Notes: generated from the letters alone by a model not told the origin. A stretch of 64,000 nt of DNA from an uncultured Actinomycetota bacterium (GCA_963808015.1 CAWEEG010000007.1:71544-135543), one strand, 5' to 3'. Counted from the stretch's first letter, positions 31,342 through 42,171 are shown. Made by a program: numbers and translations.

Positions 31342-34300
31342 GTGCCTCGCGAGGGCTTCGCCCATCTCCATGTCCACTCAGAGTTCTCGATGCTCGACGG
31401 TGCCGCGCGCGTCAAGGACGTAGTGAAGGCTGCAGCCGCCGATGGCCAACCGGCTATTGCCATCACCGATCATGGTGTTCTCTACGGCGTGGTCGACTTC
31501 ACCAAGGCGGCAATCGACGCCGGCGTGAAGCCGATTCTCGGTATCGAGGCCTACATGACGGCCGGATCGCGTTTCGACCGCCTTCCTCGCCGGGAAGACA
31601 AGCGCTACCACCTCACGCTTCTTGCCGAAAACGAAGCCGGCTATCGCAACCTCATGAAGCTCGCGTCGCGGGCGTACCTCGAAGGGTTCTACTACAAGCC
31701 ACGGATGGATCGCGAGCTCCTTGCCGAGCACAGCGAAGGGATCATCGCTGCGTCGGGGTGCCTCGGCGGGCATGTGGCGCAACTGCTCGCCCCAGACGAG
31801 GCGAGCGAAGAGGGCAACGTCGGCCAGGTTCGTGACTACGCCGCCGCGGTTGAGGCGGCGGCGATGTACCAGGACATCTTCGGCAAGGACAACTGGTTCA
31901 TCGAAGTCCAGGACCACGGCATCGAGGGCCAGCAACGGATCATGGACGACCTCCTCCAGATCTCGCGAGACATCGATGCTCCGCTCCTTGCGTCGAACGA
32001 CAGTCACTACACATACGCGCATGAAGCCGAGGCCCACGACGTGCTGCTGTGCATCCAGACGGGAGCGAACAAGAGCGATCAGGATCGCTTCCGGTTCTCA
32101 GGTGAGGAGTTCTACATCAAGACGGCCCGCCAAATGCAGGATCTGTTTCCCGCAGATCGGTATCCGGGCGCCACCGAAAACTCGCTGCTGATCGCCGACC
32201 GTGTCAGCACACACCTCGAATTCGGCAAGATCCTGCTCCCGCAGTTCCCGGTGCCGGAAGGTATGGACGAGGATGGCTACCTGCGTGAGCTTGTCATGGA
32301 GGGAGCGAGGCAGCGGTACGGGGATCTGGACGACACCGTTGCTGAGCGGCTGGAGTACGAGCTTCGGGTCATCGCCGAGATGGGGTTCTCGGCCTACTTC
32401 CTCATTGTGTGGGATCTCATCCGACACGCCCGTCAGCGGGAGATCCGCACCGGACCCGGACGTGGCAGCGCAGCCGGCTCGATTGTGGCTTACTGCCTCC
32501 AGATCACAGATCTGGACCCGATCGCGTACGGATTGATCTTCGAACGTTTCTTGAATCCAGGTCGTCGGCAGATGCCGGATATCGACATGGACTTCGATGA
32601 GCGGTATCGCGGCGAGATGATCCAGTACTGCGCCGAGCGCTACGGATCTGATCACGTCGCGCAGATCATCACGTTCTCGACGATCAAGGGGAAACAGGCG
32701 ATACGCGACGCCGCCCGTGTCCTTGGGCATCCGTACGGCGTTGGAGATCGGGCGGCGAAGTTGATGCCGCCGGCGATCCTCGGCAAGGATGCGACGCTCG
32801 CGCAATGCCTTGTTGATCCTGGGCGCGAGGCGGCGCAGGGCGAGCGCGATCACTTCCAAGCCGCAGCGGGTCTCCGTGAGCTCTACGACTCCGACGCGAT
32901 CACGCGTGAGGTGATCGAGACGGCGCGAGGCCTCGAGGGCCTCCGTCGACAGGATTCGATCCACGCGGCAGCTGTTGTCATCTCGCCGGATCCGCTCACC
33001 GACGTTGTCCCGGTCCAGCGAAAGGGCAGCGACGCCGAGATCGTGACTCAGTACGAGATGCACGGTGTCGAAGCCCTCGGCCTCCTCAAGATGGACTTCC
33101 TCGGGCTCCGCAATCTGACCACGATCGAACGAGCGCTGGAATTGATCGAGCGGAATACCGGGGATGCGGCCCGATATCGACTCGATCCCGCTCGATGATC
33201 CCGCCGTGTTCGAGATGTTGCAGCGTGGTGACTCGATGGGGGTGTTCCAATTCGAGGGTGGCCCGATGCGGGCGCTCATGCGCAATCTCAGGCCGGAGGT
33301 GTTCGAGCACCTGGTTGCCCTGAACGCGCTCTACCGGCCCGGCCCGCTCGGCGCCGGGATGCATCTGGAGTACGCCGACCGAAAGAACGGCAAGGCGCCG
33401 ATCGAGTATCCGCACGCCGACCTGGAGGATGTGCTCGGCGACACGTTCGGAATCATGGTCTTCCAGGAACAGGTCATGCAGACCGCCGAGAAGATGGCCG
33501 GATTCTCGATGATCGAAGCCGACTCACTCCGGAAGGCAATGGGGAAGAAGATCCCGGCGGTAATGAAGGAGCAGGAGGAGGCGTTCGTCGCAGGATGTGT
33601 CGCCAACGGTCACCCGGAGAAGCTCGGTCGGGATCTGTTCGGGTTCATCGAGCACTTCGCGGGCTACGGCTTCAACAAGTCCCACTCGGCGGCATATGCG
33701 CTCATCGCCTACCAGACCGCCTGGCTCAAGGCGCACTACCCGGCCGAGTACATGGCGGCACTCCTAACAGCGGTGAAGCGCGACAAGGACAAGACGGCGA
33801 TCTATCTCCACGAGTGCCGCATCATGGGGATCCCGGTCCACGTTCCGGATGTGAACGTCTCGGAGTCGGACTTCGTCGGAGTTGACGGGTCGATCGCCTT
33901 CGGCCTCTCGGCGGTCCGCAACGTCGGCGAAGCCGTCGTCGCTCACATCGTTGAGGACCGTACAGCCAACGGCGACTTCAAAGACTTCGAGGACTTCGTC
34001 GACCGGGTCGACGTGAGCGTCCTCAACAAACGGACCGTCGAATCGTTGATCAAGGCCGGGGCCTTCGATTCGCTCGGGCACACGAGACGCGGCCTTCTCG
34101 AGGTAGCCCACGAAACGCTCGATGCCACCATCGCGCGCCGACGTGCCGAGGAGATGGGCCAGTACAGCCTGTTCGGCGGCGACGACGACGGCGTCGAGTC
34201 CGTCGGTCTGGCCGTTGCCAACGTCGAATGGGACAAGAAGGTCCAACTCGCGTTCGAGAAGGAGATGCTCGGGCTCTACGTGTCCGACCACCCGCTGCTC

Positions 34301-34849
34301 GGCATCGAGAAGACGATCGAGACCATGTGCTCAACGTCGGTGCCGGGGATGTGGGAGATGGAGGACAAGACAACGGCCACGATCGGCGGTGTGGTCGGCT
34401 CGCTCAACACTCGCTACACGAAGGCCGGAGATCCGATGTACTTCTTCAGCTTCGAGGATCTGCAGGGCTCCATCGAGGTTGTCTGCTTCCCTCGAACCGT
34501 GGCCGAGTTCGGCCCGATGATCCGTGAGGATGCCGTGCTCGTGATCACGGGTCGCGTCGACCACCGCGGGGACGACGTGAAGATGATCGCTCAGCAGATC
34601 CAAGAGCCGCGCTTCGATGCCGACTCCGTGGTTCGTCTTCGTGTTCCAGCCACCCGGATGTCGCGCTCAACGGTCGAGCAGCTCCGATCCGTGCTCGCGA
34701 ACCATCCAGGAAACGCCGGCGTCTTTCTCCACATGATCAGCGACGGCGATGAGCGGGTCATCCAGCTCGGAAACGACCATCGCGTGGAGCCGCGTACGGC
34801 ACTCTTCGCCGAACTTCGCGAGTTGCTCGGGCCTTCGGTCGTTCTCTGA
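31342..34849 (+). CDS. dnaE: DNA polymerase III alpha subunit DnaE, one frame break near 33165-33195
   Basis: GTG 31342 after GAGGAG. PHP domain FAHLHVHSEFSMLDG. The second fragment (33164..34849) carries MGVFQFEG, GYGFNKSHSAAYA and the OB fold. Confidence 0.9.
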
Positions 34850-34909
34850 CGGTGCGCTGGTCGATGCACCATCCTCGACGTGGCGTAGGCACAGTCGCCG
34901 GTGTTCGTC

Positions 34910-35962
34910 TCAGAAGAAGGAGTCGAGCCCGTCAACCCCATCGAGGAGCCAGGTGAGGCTCTCTACCGCGATGGGCGGATCGGAGACCCACGGTACGGTG
35001 AGTAGGGGTACGCCGTAGCGTCCGGCGATCCCCTCCATGGCCGTCGCCTGGCGGCGGGCCTCGCCACCCCATCTCGTGAGGTTGGCCTTGAGGATTCCCC
35101 TGACCTCGGCGTCCGGGATCCCGCGGACGGGGCGTCGGGCGGCTTCTGCCCACTCCAACGGCAGCGCTCGGTTCAGCATCACGGCCGCCGGGGCGACCGC
35201 CACTTCGGTCAGCTCCTCGAAGAATCGGAGTACCTCGGCGACGGGCGCCGGGTCTGCGGTCGTGACGACGAGGGTGGTCGCCCGTTGTTGATGTCGCTGG
35301 ATGGTGAGAGCGCGAGCCGCGAGGCGGTCGTACATGGTTCTGAGATCGAGCAGGAACTCGGCGACATCCTCGAGGAGTGCACCCCCGAGCACGGTGTCGG
35401 CGATCTTGAGCAACGGCCGTCCGGTGAACCGGTAGAGGAACCTCCGTCCTGGGAGTTGCGCTCCGGTGAGCCAGTGCAGGAGCTTCCCTCCGATCAGGTC
35501 TGCCGTCTGGGAGGGTGCGAGGAAGAAGTCGAGGCCACCTGCGGAAGGTGGTGTGTCGACCACGATTGCATCCCACCTTCCGGATTCGATCATCGTCGAC
35601 ATCGTCTCAGTGGCGGCGAATGCCTGTGCCGCGGGGAATCGATCGGCGATGGCCCGGAAGTAGTGATTCTCCAGCAGCCGGTCCGCGACCTCTGGATCGC
35701 TGTAGCGGTGAACGACACCCTCCCACGAGGCGCTTGCGTCGAGTGTCGAGGCCCACAAGCCGGTGACTCCGGGTACGGGGGTCGGCTCGTTTGACAGGGC
35801 GTGGAGGTCGAGGGCGTCGGCCAGTCGGCGCGCAGGGTCGACCGTCATGACAACGGTGCGGCGGTCTGGGCCGGCGAGCCGAATCGCGGCGGCCGCAGAA
35901 ATCGTGGTCTTCCCGACGCCTCCAGCGCCCGTGATGATGTAGGTCTTCGTTTCCCGTGTCAT
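34910..35962 (-). CDS. ArsA/Get3-like P-loop ATPase (second of pair)
   Basis: Intact 350 aa. ITGAGGVGKTTISAA, TVDPARRLADAL. Confidence 0.8.
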   Translation of the reverse strand: MTRETKTYIITGAGGVGKTTISAAAAIRLAGPDRRTVVMTVDPARRLADALDLHALSNEPTPVPGVTGLWASTLDASASWEGVVHRYSDPEVADRLLENHYFRAIADRFPAAQAFAATETMSTMIESGRWDAIVVDTPPSAGGLDFFLAPSQTADLIGGKLLHWLTGAQLPGRRFLYRFTGRPLLKIADTVLGGALLEDVAEFLLDLRTMYDRLAARALTIQRHQQRATTLVVTTADPAPVAEVLRFFEELTEVAVAPAAVMLNRALPLEWAEAARRPVRGIPDAEVRGILKANLTRWGGEARRQATAMEGIAGRYGVPLLTVPWVSDPPIAVESLTWLLDGVDGLDSFF

Positions 35963-36819
35963 GCGAATGACTCGCAGATCTCAGCCAGACGGGCGGCAAC
36001 CTCGCCTGGCGTGTGAAATCCGAAGAGGAAGGGGAGGCGGGGGTCGTGTGGAATGGAATCGAGCCACACCGATTGGGCTTCCACCAGGCCCGTGTGCAAG
36101 AGGCCGGCTGCGCGTGGCGGTCCGTCGGGCACCGCCGCAACGACGTCGCGCTTGAGTCCGAGCGGGTCGAGGACACGATTGGCGATGACGCCCGCAATCA
36201 GGATCTGGCGCTCGGCGTCGATATGGGCGATTGCCTCACGCGTCTCCTGAACCGCGAGTTCCTCGGGGGTTGTCACGAGGAGCAGGCCGCTGATTGCCGG
36301 GTCGGAGAGTGTCGTCTCGAGCCGAGCGGCCTGCTCACGAACGGCACCGGTTGGAACGAGTCCGGTAATGGTTTGCGGCGCTGCGAGGTAGGACTGAAGT
36401 TGACCGAGCGGGGGAGCGTCGGCGATGACGAGATCCCACTCGTCACGCCAGACCTCGAAGATGGGTTTCCCCATCGTGACGATCTCTCTGATCCCCGGGG
36501 CGGTGTCTGCAAGGACGCTGAGGGCGTTCGAGAGCTGTCGTGTCGGAAGCGAGCGGGGCACGTGGAGCTGAAGGCCGAGGTATTCGTCCAGCGCGTGTGA
36601 TCGGTCGACCAACGTCCCATAGAGGCCGGGGCTGATGCGGACCGGCTCGTACGTGAGTTCGTCGACACCAAGATGGGTAGCGAGCCCACTTCGATCGGTC
36701 ATGGACAAGGCGAGCACACGTTTCCCGCGCCGCGCCGCCAGGATGGCAAGGGCCGCTGAGACGGCCGACTTCCCAACACCGCCCTTGCCGGAGACGAAGA
36801 GGAGTCGTCGGTCGAGCAT
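35959..36819 (-). CDS. ArsA/Get3-like P-loop ATPase (first of pair)
   Basis: Intact 286 aa. FVSGKGGVGKSAVSAA. ATGA overlap with the downstream partner. Confidence 0.8.
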   Translation of the reverse strand: MLDRRLLFVSGKGGVGKSAVSAALAILAARRGKRVLALSMTDRSGLATHLGVDELTYEPVRISPGLYGTLVDRSHALDEYLGLQLHVPRSLPTRQLSNALSVLADTAPGIREIVTMGKPIFEVWRDEWDLVIADAPPLGQLQSYLAAPQTITGLVPTGAVREQAARLETTLSDPAISGLLLVTTPEELAVQETREAIAHIDAERQILIAGVIANRVLDPLGLKRDVVAAVPDGPPRAAGLLHTGLVEAQSVWLDSIPHDPRLPFLFGFHTPGEVAARLAEICESFA

Positions 36820-36911
36820 CCTCCGAGGGTAGTCGCTGATGTGCCGGGGTTCCTTCGGTTCGCGTTCCCGAGGTCGGGTACGCTGCGGTCGCTCGAAATG
36901 AGGAGGCCGCG

Positions 36912-37124
36912 ATGGCTCAATTGAATGTCGACGATTTCCTGGCTCGGTTCCGTGAACGGGCGACGGCCGTGAAGGAGCGGGGAATCCCGCCCCTGGAGGG
37001 TGAGGCGCGCCGCGTCTGGATCGAGAGCGCCGAGTACGACTTCATGGACTACTCGCTGGTTGGCCGAGCAGAGTGGGCGGTCGAAGACGACGCCCTCGTG
37101 CTCCGCATCCCGCTGGTTGAGTAG
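36912..37124 (+). CDS. hypothetical small protein
   Basis: 70 aa. ATG after GAGGAGG. GC3-rich codons. No family recognised. Confidence 0.45.
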   Translation: MAQLNVDDFLARFRERATAVKERGIPPLEGEARRVWIESAEYDFMDYSLVGRAEWAVEDDALVLRIPLVE

Positions 37125-37191
37125 CAAGAAGCAAGAAGCAAGAACAAAGACCCGAACCGTTTCGGGTCTTGGGTCTCGTGTCTCTTGTCTC
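37121..37191. repeat. heptamer-periodic imperfect palindrome (site A)
   Basis: (GTAGCAA)(GAAGCAA)(GAAGCAA)(GAACAAA), then the central hairpin, then (GGGTCTC)(GTGTCTC)(TTGTCTC). The arms pair as AGA:TCT triplets every 7 nt. Confidence 0.8.
37147..37170. terminator. bidirectional intrinsic-terminator-like hairpin between convergent genes
   Basis: AAGACCCGAA-CCGT-TTCGGGTCTT, a perfect 10-bp stem. On the minus strand it is followed by TTTGTTCTTGCTTCTTGC, downstream of the ThyX-like gene. Confidence 0.6.
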
Positions 37192-38858
37192 ACTCTTCCG
37201 CGATCCCGCGGGCGGCTCGGCGGGCGGCCAGCCTTCGCTCTTCTTCGAGGCGGGCGAGGGCGTAGGTGTTGTGGTCGACGAACTGCATGGCATCGGCGAT
37301 GGTCCGGTGGCCCGCCTCATCGCGAATCAGGCGGTGCATGTCCTGGGCGATCTTCCGGTATCCCGGATGGCCCGATGATTGGCTGCGGAGCTCGAGGAGG
37401 TGGAACGCCTCGCGAGCGTTCATGTCGATGTAGTAGCGGATCCGGTAGGCGAACGGCACCGCATACTGAGCGGCGACCGATCCGTGAGAGCTTTCGATCC
37501 GATCCGCCAGGATGGCCGTGCGCTCCATGACCTCGTCCCAGGCGGCGGTGGCGTCGATGTCGGCGATCGCATCCGGCGTGACGTACCCGTGCTGCGTCGA
37601 AAGGCGCTGCCACTCGATCGTGAGCATTCTGTGCCGCTGGAGGTCGCGAAACGCCCCGTAGTCGGAGAGGACATCAAACCGGTAGGACGTGCGCTCCATC
37701 GCCCGGCCCGGCTTGTGCCGTCGATTGCCCCGCGTCGCCGACGGCAGCCCGGATCAGCGCCGACCGATCTTCGGCGGGGAGGTCTCGTACATACGCGAGG
37801 AGTTGATCGTCCGGGAGATCGGATGCCGCGTAGAGCGCAGCCGCCGCCACCTTCGTTTCACCCTCTGGATCCCAGTCGACGAGCGTCACCTCGGGACGAT
37901 CCTCGATGTTTGGAGCGATGTCGGCGGCGCGCGCGTCGAGGTCGGCAGAGACGGACGCGAGGTAGTCGCTCCATGCGCCGCCACGATCGGGGAGGTCAAC
38001 CCGGGTGAGGAACGACGGGATCATTGCTCGCAGTTCGGTGAGCATCATGTCGGCGTAGTCGCGGATCTCGCGAAGCGGATGGGCCCGCATACGCATGAGC
38101 AGCATCTCGTACGCCTGCCCGCTGCCGAAGATCCCGAGGTTGGAGGTTGTTGCGGCCGGCAGCATGCCCCGCAGATCATCACATGCCTTGGCTCGGATCG
38201 TCGATCGCCACACGAAGGCCGAGTCGGAGTCCTGCTTTGGGAAGAGGGACTCGTAGAACGGCACGGCCCGCCCGATCAACGCCGAATAGGTGTCGAACAC
38301 AGCGTCCATCGTCTCTCGGAACTCCTGCTCGAGCGGTGTTCCGATCAGTTCTCGGGGCACGTGGTAGCGGTACCGATCTCCGAGGCGGCGGTCGTAGAAG
38401 ATGTAGCGCGTGGACTGCTCGAGATATGAGGCGAGCCTTCCCCACTCCAGCACCTTGGTGAGCACGTTCGAGGCCTGTTCACACGCGATGTGTGCGCCGC
38501 CCAGCTGGGCGACCGAGTCGTCGCCGTACTGCGTGAAGACACGTTCATACAGGCCTCGAGCGCGTGTGAGACCGACCGGCGAGTTCTCGTCATCCAGGGT
38601 TGCCGCGATCGCGTCGACGCCGAGATCGGGTTCGGCGACGAATTCGTCGAGGAACAGCCTTCGGACCGAGAGCGGCGAACGGCTGTAGCGCGCGAACAGC
38701 GCGCCCTTCACCACCTCCGGGAGGTTGATGATCCCGTAGACGGGGCCGTCGACGTTGGTGAAGAAGCGGCTCAGGAGGGCACGTTCGTCGTCCGTGAACG
38801 ACTCGACGTGGTATCCAGGGGGTGCGGGGCTGGGTGTGGTGGGCTGTTCGAATGACAT
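37190..38858 (-). CDS. tandem-domain ThyX-like (flavin-dependent thymidylate synthase family) protein, one frame break near 37725
   Basis: ATG 38858 MSFEQPTT... The N-half has ALFARYSRSPLSVRR. The C-half (ORF 37190..37699) has YGAFRDLQRHRMLT (ThyX RHR motif). The fragments join as ..AAVGD / GNRRHKPGRAMERTSY. Confidence 0.6.
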
Positions 38859-38867
38859 TGGTGGGAT

Positions 38868-39188
38868 TTGACCGTAGCAGTGCTCTTGGAACGGGAGCAA
38901 CCGTGGAACACGGGTAGCCTTCGGTGCGTGTTGATCGCTCTGCGGATTCTGCTCGGTGTGCTCGTCGCGATCGTCATCGCGGCGGCCGTCGCCCCGATGC
39001 TGGTGATCGCGGACCTCGCCGGTGGCGGAACGGGCTGGGGATTGTGCCCCGACGGAATCTCCACGTGCACCACGTCCTACTTCGCCGGACCCGAACTGCT
39101 CGCGATCCTTCTGTTCGTCCTGTTCGCGGCCCTTGGCGGCATTGCGATCTGCAACCGCCTCATTCGTCGGCTCAACGCCGGTCAGTGA
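38868..39188 (+). CDS. hypothetical small membrane protein (2 predicted TM)
   Basis: 106-aa ORF. GVLVAIVIAAAVAPMLVIADL and LLAILLFVLFAALGGIAI. GC3-rich. Internal GTG/TTG starts near 38928 are possible. Confidence 0.45.
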   Translation: MTVAVLLEREQPWNTGSLRCVLIALRILLGVLVAIVIAAAVAPMLVIADLAGGGTGWGLCPDGISTCTTSYFAGPELLAILLFVLFAALGGIAICNRLIRRLNAGQ

Positions 39189-40067
39189 ACTCCGGTCGCG
39201 GTCGTGGTGACGATGGAGTCGGCCTCTTCCGGCGGGGCGAACGCCAATACCACGTAGACCCCGGCCATGATCAGCGCCGCCCCCAGCCATCCGCGTACGG
39301 TGAGTCGCTCCCCGAGGACCACGGCCGCGGTCGCCGCAGCAAACACCGGTTCGGCGCTCAGAACGATCGCCGTGCGGCTCGGTCCGATCACACGTTGCGC
39401 CGAGACGTGGAGCATGAATGCTCCCGCACTCACGACGACCCCGGTCCCGATCAGTGCGGGGAGCACCGACGCGACCGGTAGCGGGAGACCCTCGAAAACG
39501 GCCGAAGCAACGAGGCCAAGGACGGCAACCACGAGCAATTGGATCGCCGTGAAGGGGACAACCTCGTGTCGGGGAGCGAATCGGGCGAGCGACACGATGT
39601 GGGCGGCGAAGGCAACGGCGCACAGCACCGTCAGGAGGTCGCCGCTATTGAGGCTGAAGCTCCGACGTGACGGTCAGGAAACCAAGGCCGACCACCGATA
39701 GGAGCGCCCCGAATATCGTCGTGATCGCCGGCGACGTCCGCCGGGCGAGCGCAGCGAGGAGCGGGGTGAACACGACGTACAGGCCGGTGATCAAGGCCGA
39801 GTTCGACGCACTCGTCTCCACCAGCCCGAGTGTTTGCGTGGCGAAGCCGGCGAAGAGCAGGCTCCCGGCGATGAGGCCATCAACCCAGATCGACCGGCCA
39901 TGTGGCCTGGCGAAGATGAACAACACACCAGCGCCGAGGAGGAAGCGCCATCCCACGAAGGCGAGAGGCGGGAGTGTCACCACCGCGTCCTTGATCACCA
40001 CGAAGGTGACACCGAACAGGAACGCCGCGACGAAGAGCCCGAGGTAGGCGCGTGTTCGCTGTGTCAT
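39182..40067 (-). CDS. EamA/DMT-family transporter, one frame break near 39650
   Basis: Two EamA halves (ORFs 39645..40067 and 39182..39628). The junction reads FLTVTSE / FSLNSGDLLTVLCAVAFAAHIV when shifted by one base. Confidence 0.8.
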
Positions 40068-40118
40068 GGGGAGAGGGCTCAGGATGCACCACCGTCGCGT
40101 CGGTAGGGGAGCGGGGCG

Positions 40119-40685
40119 TTAGAGGTTGGCGATCAGCGGCTTGCCGTCCTCGATGCCGGCGATCTCGACAACCGACCACACGTCCCACCCGTGGGACTCG
40201 AGAATGGTGCGACCCCCGGCGAACTGCTTCTCGATGACGAACGCAAACCCCAGCACCTCGCCGCCGGACTCTTCGACAATCTGGCCGAGCGCTTCCGCCG
40301 TACGGCCGCCCGAGAGGAAGTCATCGACGATCAGTGCGCGGCCGCCAGGCTCGAGCGCCCGCCGAGCAACCTCGACGCGGTACTCGACGCCCTTGGTGGG
40401 GGAGGTGACTTCGCGAGCGAAGGTGTATCGGTCTCCGACACCCAAGTACTTCTTCGCGTACACGACAGGGATCGGCAGATAGCGAGCCGTCGCCATCGCA
40501 GGGGGGATCCCCGAGGCTTCCGCCGTGACGATCAGGTCGGGAGCCTGGTCCGTGTAGCGCTCGGCGATCTGGCGGCCGATCTCGTCGATGATGATCGGGT
40601 CGACCCGGTGATTGAGGAAGTCGTCGACGAGGACCAGGTCGCCGGAGACCCGGCCGCGTTCCGCGACGATTGCTGGGATATTCAT
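40119..40685 (-). CDS. xpt: xanthine phosphoribosyltransferase
   Basis: Internal ATG 40685. LVDDFLNHRVDP, IVTAEASGIPPA, PRTase motif ALIVDDFLSGGRTA, FVIEKQFAGGR. Confidence 0.88.
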   Translation of the reverse strand: MNIPAIVAERGRVSGDLVLVDDFLNHRVDPIIIDEIGRQIAERYTDQAPDLIVTAEASGIPPAMATARYLPIPVVYAKKYLGVGDRYTFAREVTSPTKGVEYRVEVARRALEPGGRALIVDDFLSGGRTAEALGQIVEESGGEVLGFAFVIEKQFAGGRTILESHGWDVWSVVEIAGIEDGKPLIANL

Positions 40686-40702
40686 GGGGGGAGGGTAGAC
40701 AT

Positions 40703-40829
40703 GAGACCGAGACCGCGGGCGAGATCGAGAGAAGAAGTAGCAAGTAGCAAGTAGCAAGACAGGGCCGAGATCCGAGAGCAAAGAGCAAAGAGCAGAGAGC
40801 CGAGACGGGTCCGAGACCTCGAGACTCGG
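40703..40829 (+). repeat. purine-rich hexamer/heptamer arrays (outer arm of left repeat unit)
   Basis: (GAGACC)x2 at 40703. (GTAGCAA)x3 at 40737-40757. (GAGCAAA)(GAGCAAA)(GAGCAGA) at 40776-40796. CGAGAC at 40801, 40812 and 40820. Starts 18 nt upstream of the xpt start codon. Confidence 0.85.
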
Positions 40830-40916
40830 ATTGAACCCGTGTCTTCGCCTCCACCGCCGAAGGTGGGGGAGAGGTGCCCGAGCGATAGCGAGGGCGGGAG
40901 GGGGCGGTCTGGGAGC
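40821..40916 (+). repeat. ~95-nt GC-rich inverted-repeat core, left copy
   Basis: GAGACTCGGATTGAACCCGTGTCTTCGCCTCCACCGCCGAAGGTGGGGGAGAGGTGCCCGAGCGATAGCGAGGGCGGGAGGGGGCGGTCTGGGAGC. Matches the reverse complement of 42235-42328 with ~12 differences by hand alignment. Confidence 0.85.
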
Positions 40917-40927
40917 TAGCACCGCGA

Positions 40928-42129
40928 CTATGAGGTCGGCCGCGTATCTCGTGTCTCGGGTCTTCTCAGTATCTGGGCTGTTCGCTGATGACCATTCCTT
41001 TGGCTCGTGCGTGTTCGAGCCAGGGTGGGCCGTGGATTGGGGGTTGGAGGAGGCGCCGTGCGTTGGGGTGGCGAGTCGGGGTCGATGGTGAAGCCTTGGC
41101 CGTGGATCACGACCTGGTGGTGGAACCAACACACCGTCGTCAGGTTCTCCGGGTCGGTACGGCCACCGTCGATCCAGCGTTTGATGTGATGCACCTGCAG
41201 CCGATACCGGCTCGTGCAGCCCGCAATGGTGCATGCCGCACCGTCACGATCCATGACGAACCGACGCAGCTGCGGTGAGATGGCCCTGGCTGCGGCGTCC
41301 CATACCGCAGCGGTGTGCCGTCTGATGTTCGTGCGGTGACTTCGATGATGCCGTCACACAGGATCGCTTCGATCGCTGCTTCACCAACCCGCGGCCCACC
41401 CTGGACCACAACACCAGCCTCACCATTCGTGGCTGCCGCCTCGTTGGCGTCCACAAACACCGTCAACACGGGTGTCGGGTCTTCGATCGACGCACCATCA
41501 GTGCCGTAGAGGGCATCGAGGCTGATGGCCCACAGAGCATCCGCGTTGCGTGCAGCCCGCGACACGTGTCCGGGTCCTTTCGGGAAGGTGTCTGCTTTCG
41601 CTTCAAGGGCGTCAATGACGATCTTGCCTGCGAAGCCGGGGAGGCGGCCGTTGAGACGCCATAGTGATTCGTCGAGGTTGGGCTGCACGTTGAGGTACCG
41701 GTCGTTGTATGCCGTTTCTTCATCAACCCTGGTCATACGCCGCCGCCTGGCTGCCCGGTTGCGGATCCCCGCAATGTCGAACCCCGCCATCTCATTGAGA
41801 ATGTCGAACGTGTCGTCCCGGCGGGCGAACCTGCCGACCGCTACCGCCCGGTCGAACCCGATCTCACCGGTTTCGATTGCTTCTTCAACATCAGGAAGCT
41901 CTTCAAGGTGTTTGGCGGTCGCGACGAGGTCTCGTGCGGTCTCGGGGGATACGTCGAGGCGGCCCCGCACCCATTCACCCAACGACCCACACCCCGCCCC
42001 CATCGGCAACTGCCGCCGGTCAACCTCACGCAACAACACCAACTGTGTTGCCCGGACCCGAGCAATCACAGCCTCCCGATGAAGCAACTCCTGCTCAATC
42101 GACTCGTTGGTGGCGGTCTCGATATCCAT
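40928..42129 (-). CDS. DUF222 + HNH endonuclease (REP13E12-like), one frame break near 41255-41290
   Basis: ATG 42129 MDIETATNESIEQELLHREAVIARVRATQ.. (DUF222-type N-terminal region). HNH core in ORF 40928..41254: RDGAACTIAGCTSRYRLQVHHIKRWIDGGRTDPENLTTVCWFHHQVVIHGQGF. The low-complexity tail is read out of the 40944-40964 repeat. Confidence 0.8.
40944..40964 (+). repeat. (NNGTCTC)x3 heptamer array, inner arm of left unit
   Basis: (GTATCTC)(GTGTCTC)(GGGTCTT). Confidence 0.75.
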
Positions 42130-42171
42130 ACACCAACGTATCAACACGGGTAGTGACAGAAACCGGGCCTG

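Noticed and set aside
38859-39623. N-terminal 255 codons of the 649-aa ORF 37674..39623, as a possible extension of the ThyX-like protein.
   Set aside because: The extension is Arg/Gly/Asp-rich and overlaps the EamA gene and the small membrane-protein ORF. ATG 38858 gives a sensible N-terminus.
40703-40829. CRISPR array, or a phase-variable microsatellite.
   Set aside because: The units are 6-7 nt with no unique spacers, so this is not CRISPR. The units are degenerate, with at most 3 identical copies, and they are not within a coding start, so classical slipped-strand phase variation is unlikely.
40865-40916. tRNA-like fragment in the inverted-repeat core. GGAGAGGTG-GCCC-GAGCGATAGCGA-GGGC resembles the acceptor plus D-arm of a class II tRNA, and GGGTTCAATCC lies on the other strand at ~40828-40838.
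   Set aside because: No anticodon arm or matching acceptor 3' strand can be drawn. The T-loop-like segment is on the opposite strand and its stem does not pair. I treat it as coincidental unless a covariance search says otherwise.
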